Positions 52,771 to 58,241 of a stretch of DNA of 58,241 nucleotides are shown one piece after another. A model generated the notes under the pieces. The model had not been told where the DNA came from and did no database searches. It worked only from the letters and a program-made list of their open reading frames with translations. The stretch's first letter is position 1, and the number at the start of each line of letters is the position of its first letter. A program made the position numbers and the translations under genes. The stretch is taken from positions 1 through 58,241 of the forward strand of contig JAYZAL010000049.1 in assembly GCA_036339735.1 (NCBI GenBank), read 5' to 3'. The stretch is from Candidatus Poribacteria bacterium (GTDB taxonomy: Bacteria > Poribacteria > WGA-4E > UBA9662).

Positions 52771-54231
52771 TTAAGGTATGTATAGTACAAAGTTACTCCA
52801 CTTTTCATTCATCTGAACTGTAACCCGTATGAGATTTTCACTAATAGTACTAAGCTCAATTGAGCCGTCATAAATAATGGGAATGATTCTTTCACCCACT
52901 TTGTCAACTACTCCTCTTTTCCCATCTTTTTCAACTATAGCCAATCCCAGTTGTTTGGAAATTTGATCATAAAGGAGAGGAAATTCAATTTGATCATAAA
53001 GGAGAGGAATAATGATTTTATGGGTTGTATCGATCACACCCCATTTACTCTCTTTCTTAACTATGGCTAATCCCTGTTTATTGAAAGATTCAGATTCAAT
53101 TTCGTCATAAAGGAAAGGAATGATGATTTTATGGGTTGTATCGATCACACCCCATTTACTATCCTTCTTAACTATGGCTAATCCCTGTTGATTGAAAGAT
53201 TCAATTTCGTCATAAACAGGAGGGCTGATTTGCTTACCTTTTGCGTCAATCAGTCCTAATTTTCCATCTTTTTTAACTAAGGCTAATCCTTTTTGATTGA
53301 AAGCCTCAATTTCATCGTAAACAGGAGGAGTGATTTCTGTACCTAGTAGGTTTATAATTCCCATATTCTCATCCTTCTGAACCAAAGCGAGTCCTTTTTG
53401 ATTGAAGGGGGAAATTTCGTCATAAACAGGAGGAGTGATTTCTGTACCCATTAGATCTATAATCCCCCATTTCCCACCCGAAATTACCCCATAATCATTT
53501 TTTTTTCCTCCAGTATTGACTTTAAGAAAAAAAAAGTTTCCGTCATGATCAATAAGAGGGATCAAGTCTTTACCCATTAGGTCTATAACATTCTGCTTTC
53601 TATCCTTATTAACTTCAATCATGTTAAAAAAATCAATCGCCGAAGGTAATGAAATAATTTCTTTTCCAGTTTGGTCAATAAAACCCGATTTCCCATCTTT
53701 CCTAACCAGAGCTAACCCATGTCTGTTGAAAGAACTAATGTCGTCATACACAAGAGGAATAATTTCTTTTCCGGTCTGGTCAATAAAACCTGATTTCCTA
53801 TCTTTCCTAACCAGAACTAACCCATGTCTGTTGAGAGAACCAATGTCGTCATATTCATTAACCATCTTTCCATTTGTGTGAATAAACCCAACATTCTCTC
53901 CATTTTTGACTAGGGCGACCAATTTTGAATCATTTCCGCTAAAATAACTGTAAAAAAACTGACCTAATTCATCAAAAGTAGGTTCTACTATTACTTGTCC
54001 TTTTCGATTGATCAAGCCCCACCGTTTACCTATTTTGATAGGAGCAATATCCCCAATGAATTCACCTACTTCATTAAATTTTGGTTTAATGATAATTTCT
54101 TCTGTAGTAGGACTTATATAACCCCACAGCCGTAATTCTTTGTTCTCATATGGAACCAGTTCGACTTCTTGAGCGACTGACACAAAACAACCTACAAATA
54201 AATAAATTAATAGATACCGGAAGAAATTCAC
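52771..54231 (-). CDS. Secreted WG-repeat protein
   Basis: Repeated GLA-x-V-x-K-x2-K-WG-x-ID...P-x2-YD-x-I; GGAGG RBS before the GTG start. Confidence 0.9.
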   Translation of the reverse strand: MNFFRYLLIYLFVGCFVSVAQEVELVPYENKELRLWGYISPTTEEIIIKPKFNEVGEFIGDIAPIKIGKRWGLINRKGQVIVEPTFDELGQFFYSYFSGNDSKLVALVKNGENVGFIHTNGKMVNEYDDIGSLNRHGLVLVRKDRKSGFIDQTGKEIIPLVYDDISSFNRHGLALVRKDGKSGFIDQTGKEIISLPSAIDFFNMIEVNKDRKQNVIDLMGKDLIPLIDHDGNFFFLKVNTGGKKNDYGVISGGKWGIIDLMGTEITPPVYDEISPFNQKGLALVQKDENMGIINLLGTEITPPVYDEIEAFNQKGLALVKKDGKLGLIDAKGKQISPPVYDEIESFNQQGLAIVKKDSKWGVIDTTHKIIIPFLYDEIESESFNKQGLAIVKKESKWGVIDTTHKIIIPLLYDQIEFPLLYDQISKQLGLAIVEKDGKRGVVDKVGERIIPIIYDGSIELSTISENLIRVTVQMNEKWSNFVLYIP

Positions 54232-54619
54232 TGGGGCCTCCGTATAAATTACTCTCAGTTAGAAAAAACAGAGCCCTGAGGTAAGAAATAAAATAGTTGT
54301 GAAGGAGATAAGTTTTGGGAAAAGTAAAACAAACTGGATATATCGATAAGAACAAGTGGCCGATAGTAGGGGGCAGAAGTTAGTTTCAGCTAAACGACAT
54401 CGTGTAAAAGACAAACCATATGAGCATCTGAATAAACTGATTTATCTTATTGCGTGTATTGTCGGTTCTCGGTACCTTCCCGAGACTTGAACAACAAGGA
54501 TCAACGACCAGTACAAAAGGCGTAGCACACAACACCTATATTACAGGATGATTATTTCTACCGGATCTTCTTCGAACGAATTGTTGTTAACAAGAGCCAA
54601 ACTTGTTTGATGGATTGAA

Positions 54620-54844
54620 TCAAGCCATCAAGTCAAGTTGGTTACCAATGAGCTTTGGGAAGCGTCGGTCGGTCAGCTTGCGTTTTTCAACTCCATCCTC
54701 ACTGTCATCTGTCGTCTCGGTTTGAGTCATTTCTTTAATCAAATACTCAGCTTCATCTTCTAACTGAACGTATCTTTCTTGCGTCATGTTGTGCGATGCT
54801 AATGCAAGAGCAACTTTATTGTTCTCAACCGATAGAGCTTTCAA
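54620..54844 (-). CDS. Possible small acidic hypothetical protein
   Basis: AAGGA before a TTG start; protein-like composition; no family recognised. Confidence 0.3.
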   Translation of the reverse strand: MKALSVENNKVALALASHNMTQERYVQLEDEAEYLIKEMTQTETTDDSEDGVEKRKLTDRRFPKLIGNQLDLMA

Positions 54845-55195
54845 TGCTTTTTCCTTTATTTTCTACATGATAACACTTTCAAATTTTCAAATCAAATTTA
54901 ACCTGTCTCAATTTTTGTTTTGGTTTAGCATGCATGGAAGAGATAATCAAATGCGACGCACTTTGTGAATATTTGTAAGCAAAATGAAAAGGTCACAGCA
55001 AAAACACTTCTGAATGCAAAAAAATTAGCCCAACTACACAACTGTTTACAGGTTTGATTTATAAAGGCTGAGGAAAATTGACAGAGAGTCTTACTTAAAC
55101 TCTTCCATTAAACTCCTCCACTTTATCACAAAACCAGTCATAGACTGAACTTAGATTTTTTCCCTGATACGAATTTGAACTCTTTTGTCCAATTT

Positions 55196-55216
55196 GGACA
55201 CACTCGAGGACACACT
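55196..55216 (+). repeat. Direct repeat GGACACACT x2 (12-bp period), candidate integrase arm-type site
   Basis: Directly upstream of the integrase ATG; related ACACAC-N6-ACACAC on the minus strand at 14933-14952, upstream of the integrase remnant. Confidence 0.6.
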
Positions 55217-55223
55217 TTGTATC

Positions 55224-56867
55224 ATGAATCCATCTTATCTCGTCCATCGTAAGTCTGGAAGTTCCTACCTTTTTCGTTCTATAATCCCTCTCGATCTTCA
55301 ACCTATACTTCAATCTCGACAGTTCCAATTGTCTCTGGGTTGTGGTATTCTCCAACAATCTAAACAACTCTCTTTTTACCTCCATCAGATAACACAGTCT
55401 ATCTATAGTTCAATTCGAGAAAACCCTCAGATGAAGAAACTAACCATCAATGATATCAAGGATATTTTAAGAACTGAACTGGAAAAATCCAAACGACATG
55501 TCCAACACTATTATCTAGGTACTAACCGATTTAGTGAAACCGATCGACTCAAGAGTATTCTCAATAATCAGGAACAGGAAGATCAGTTTAAAGATAAGTT
55601 GAAACAGGATTATCGACAAACCTTGAAGGAAATCAATCCTAAAGTCCATCAGGTTTTAGAGGAACAAGGATATGATCCTGTAAAGGTTGACTCTCTAGAG
55701 TTTAAACAACTCAGGGAGGAATTAATTCAATTAAAACTAGATCAGTTTGAACAGAAACGAGTTTTATTAACTGGAGAACCAGATTCAGTTGAAACAGTTG
55801 ATTCAGTTGATTCTCAACCAGTTCCATCAGTAACTACTATCCAAGATAATCCAGACTCAATTGAGTTATCTGAGTTGTGTGACCGTTTTATTACCAGTCG
55901 AGAAGAAATGGGTACTACCTCCCAAACCATTTCAGATTATATCTATTCCACTGAATTACTCCTTGATGTCTTGACTGATATTCCAATCAGTAGTTTGGGT
56001 CATCAACATGGACGAGAGTTAGTTCAGGTTCTGAAGAAACTACCCAAGAATAGAAACAAATACCCAAATCAGACCATCGATGATTTGTTAAAAATGGAAA
56101 ATGTTGAAGTCTTAAGTGACAGTACCATCAAAAAAATCTTTAATAAGATTTTGACCCTGTTCAATTGGTCGATTAATCAAGGGTATCTGTCACAGAATGT
56201 TTTCAAAGGAAAACTGGATCTGACTCAAAAGAAACAAGTCATTGAGAAACATTTCACTATCAGTGAGTTAGAACTGATCTGTGGAGATCAACTCAAGAAA
56301 CAATCCTTAAACAAGAATAGACCCGAAAGATACTGGATTCCCATGATCTCCTTGTATTCGGGGAGTCGTCTGAATGAAATTTGTCAGATGAACCTATCGG
56401 ATATTGAAGATCAAGATGGAATTTGGGTGATGAAAATAACCAATGATTCTGAGGATAAGAGTGTGAAAACTCAATCAGGAAACAGAGTAGTTCCACTCCA
56501 TCCCCAGTTAATAGATTTGGGATTATTGGATTATGTAGAAGAAATCAGGAACAGAAAAGAAACCAAACTTTTTCCTAATCTGAAGAAGAGTCAAGTTACC
56601 AGTTATGGATCTCAAATTGGACAGTGGTTCGGTCGGTACCTGAAAACCCTTGGGATTAAAAAGAAAGGGAAGAATTTCCATAGTTTTCGACATACCGTAG
56701 TTAACCATCTGACTTCCAAACAGGTCTATCAACCCTTTATCAAAGAATTAATTGGACACTCACACGGAACCATGACCATGGATGTCTATGGTGGTAGGAA
56801 ACCACTGGAAGTTTTACTCCATGAATGTGTGGTTAAAATAGACTATGGACTCGAAAATATAGACTAA
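55224..56867 (+). CDS. Tyrosine recombinase/integrase with DUF6538-like N-terminus; alanine-free and GpC-free
   Basis: Catalytic R (SGSRLNEI), K (VKT), HxxR (FHSFRH), H (IGHS) and Y (DVYG) all intact; N-terminal YL...Y-x-FR-x2-IP-x-DL; ATG 55224 preferred over TTG 55185. Confidence 0.93.
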   Translation: MNPSYLVHRKSGSSYLFRSIIPLDLQPILQSRQFQLSLGCGILQQSKQLSFYLHQITQSIYSSIRENPQMKKLTINDIKDILRTELEKSKRHVQHYYLGTNRFSETDRLKSILNNQEQEDQFKDKLKQDYRQTLKEINPKVHQVLEEQGYDPVKVDSLEFKQLREELIQLKLDQFEQKRVLLTGEPDSVETVDSVDSQPVPSVTTIQDNPDSIELSELCDRFITSREEMGTTSQTISDYIYSTELLLDVLTDIPISSLGHQHGRELVQVLKKLPKNRNKYPNQTIDDLLKMENVEVLSDSTIKKIFNKILTLFNWSINQGYLSQNVFKGKLDLTQKKQVIEKHFTISELELICGDQLKKQSLNKNRPERYWIPMISLYSGSRLNEICQMNLSDIEDQDGIWVMKITNDSEDKSVKTQSGNRVVPLHPQLIDLGLLDYVEEIRNRKETKLFPNLKKSQVTSYGSQIGQWFGRYLKTLGIKKKGKNFHSFRHTVVNHLTSKQVYQPFIKELIGHSHGTMTMDVYGGRKPLEVLLHECVVKIDYGLENID

Positions 56868-57036
56868 TCTAACATATTCAGTAATCGGTCAAACTCAGAT
56901 AATTGACCAGTTTATTATTTTTTAATAATAACAGTATAGAAAAACCATACATAACGGGCATAATCGATTGAGTAGAGTTTTAAGACCCTACTCAGTTATC
57001 TAGAGTTACTAACATTTAGTATAAAAGGAGTATGTA

Positions 57037-57324
57037 ATGAAATTTTTATCTACCTTTAAAATTACCCAAGGATTTGATGCTTGGTTAAAAATGTACAAAG
57101 AGATTGAACCCGACTTAAACGAATTAGGTATAAAAGTTCTCTGGGCAGGAACAAATTCTGATGAAACTAAAGTATTTGATGTTACAGAAGTCAAAGACCC
57201 ATCGAAATTTGAAGTGCTTACGAAACGTAAAGATATTACTCAAAAGAGAATTGATGCTGGTGTTGAACTGGAAAGTCAGGAAGTAATTGAGACAATAACT
57301 AGAGATTATTGGGCAACAGACTAG
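57037..57324 (+). CDS. Small hypothetical protein (possibly DUF3764-like alpha/beta barrel)
   Basis: AAGGAG RBS; TFKI-x3-FD-x-W...GIK-x-LW-x-G pattern. Confidence 0.7.
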   Translation: MKFLSTFKITQGFDAWLKMYKEIEPDLNELGIKVLWAGTNSDETKVFDVTEVKDPSKFEVLTKRKDITQKRIDAGVELESQEVIETITRDYWATD

Positions 57325-57665
57325 TTGATTTAATCTTGTGAAAATAGAAATCATCAATTATGTCTAAGACAATATCTTTCTATTCATTTCTTCCCACAAT
57401 TTTTTAATAATAAAAGTAACGAAAAGAATACGTAACGTACGTAATCAACGTAATCGGTGGTGGTTATTGAGTATCACCACCCTATTTACAAAACCGAACC
57501 AATATGCTAAAAACCCTTATCTCCAATGTGATAAAAGTATCAACACAATGGTGCAATTAGAACTAATCCCCCTCAACCACGATGGTACGGAAAAGTCAAT
57601 GCCTGACAAAATAACACTCCAACTGTCACCACCGAATTTATTGAACTGGCAAAGGTCAAATTCAG

Positions 57666-58241
57666 TTGAAGTTTGAAGTTCAAGTCCGACGGACCAACCG
57701 TCGCAAAACTGCTGCCATCCAAGTCCAGCAGGGAGTGGTACAGGTGGTAGTCCCTCAAACCTTATCCCAACAAGCAATCGATGACCTGATTGCTAAAAAA
57801 TCTAATTGGATCCGACAGAAATTGGTACTGCAACAATCGGTTCCAGTTAGCAAACCCAAACAATTTGTCTCGGGTGAATCCTTTACCTATTTGGGACGCA
57901 ACTACCGATTAAAAGTGCTAACCGGTCAGTTGCAACCAACCAAACTGAAATACGGATATTTGCAAGTAACAGTACCAGCAGAACAGAAATCGGATTATCA
58001 ACTGATCCGACACCAACTTCGAGACTGGTATCTGCATCGTGCCATAGATAAACTGGAAACTAAGACCATCAAATATGCGGACAAAATGGGTCTTCAACCA
58101 ACCCAGATCAAGGTCAAGGAATACAAAAGTCGGTGGGGCAGTTGTAATAGCAGAGGTCAGATCAGTTATAACTGGAAGATTATTATGACTCCGCATCGGA
58201 TCATAGATTATGTGGTGATACACGAGTTATGTCACCTGATC
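57666..58241 (+). CDS. YgjP/DUF45 (M48-like/SprT) metal-dependent hydrolase, truncated by window end
   Basis: Open frame from TTG 57666 to the end, missing from the ORF track; GE-x-F-x-YLG, KSRWGSC and IDYVVIHELCH (HExxH) motifs. Confidence 0.9.
   Translation, partial: MKFEVQVRRTNRRKTAAIQVQQGVVQVVVPQTLSQQAIDDLIAKKSNWIRQKLVLQQSVPVSKPKQFVSGESFTYLGRNYRLKVLTGQLQPTKLKYGYLQVTVPAEQKSDYQLIRHQLRDWYLHRAIDKLETKTIKYADKMGLQPTQIKVKEYKSRWGSCNSRGQISYNWKIIMTPHRIIDYVVIHELCHLI

Noticed and set aside
54355-54385. GTGGCCGATAGTAGGGGG as a tRNA-derived att site near the integrase
   Set aside because: No TTCGA T-loop or pairing stems follow; the resemblance is too short.
55095-55385. Antisense ORF over the integrase start, also Ala-free
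   Set aside because: Lack of Ala in every frame follows automatically from GpC absence; no independent evidence of coding.
146-58223. Many 60-130 aa ORFs nested in or antisense to long genes (e.g. 146-469, 32562-32951, 57918-58223)
   Set aside because: Shadow frames of well-supported genes, with no motifs or RBS support.
1-58241. CRISPR array, rRNA, tRNA or integron attC array
   Set aside because: I saw no regularly spaced repeat-spacer units, no cloverleaf with T-loop and CCA, and no recurring attC-like sites.

Overview
Low-GC bacterial chromosomal window with no rRNA, tRNA or CRISPR array that I can see. The gene mix suggests Candidatus Poribacteria or a relative, by inference only: three LamG proteins sharing a C-terminal AV-x4-KL-x3-W-x2-LK tail, three PhyH-type dioxygenases, three DUF6785-type membrane proteins, Gfo/Idh/MocA oxidoreductases and a HEAT-repeat protein. 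Housekeeping and catabolic content includes dppABC followed by a four-gene DUF6754-type membrane cluster, xylA, waaA and trxA. Accessory content includes a decayed island at 11.0-14.9 kb (a WYL regulator, a sigma70 pseudogene and two WYL-type promoter boxes, bracketed by two integrase remnants), a three-copy dispersed repeat of about 100-120 bp, two candidate sRNAs and a tandem set of small membrane peptides. The most striking feature is an intact tyrosine integrase at 55.2-56.9 kb that lies in an interval of about 1.89 kb with no GpC dinucleotide at all, so the 547-aa protein contains no alanine. All calls were made by eye; no database searches were run.
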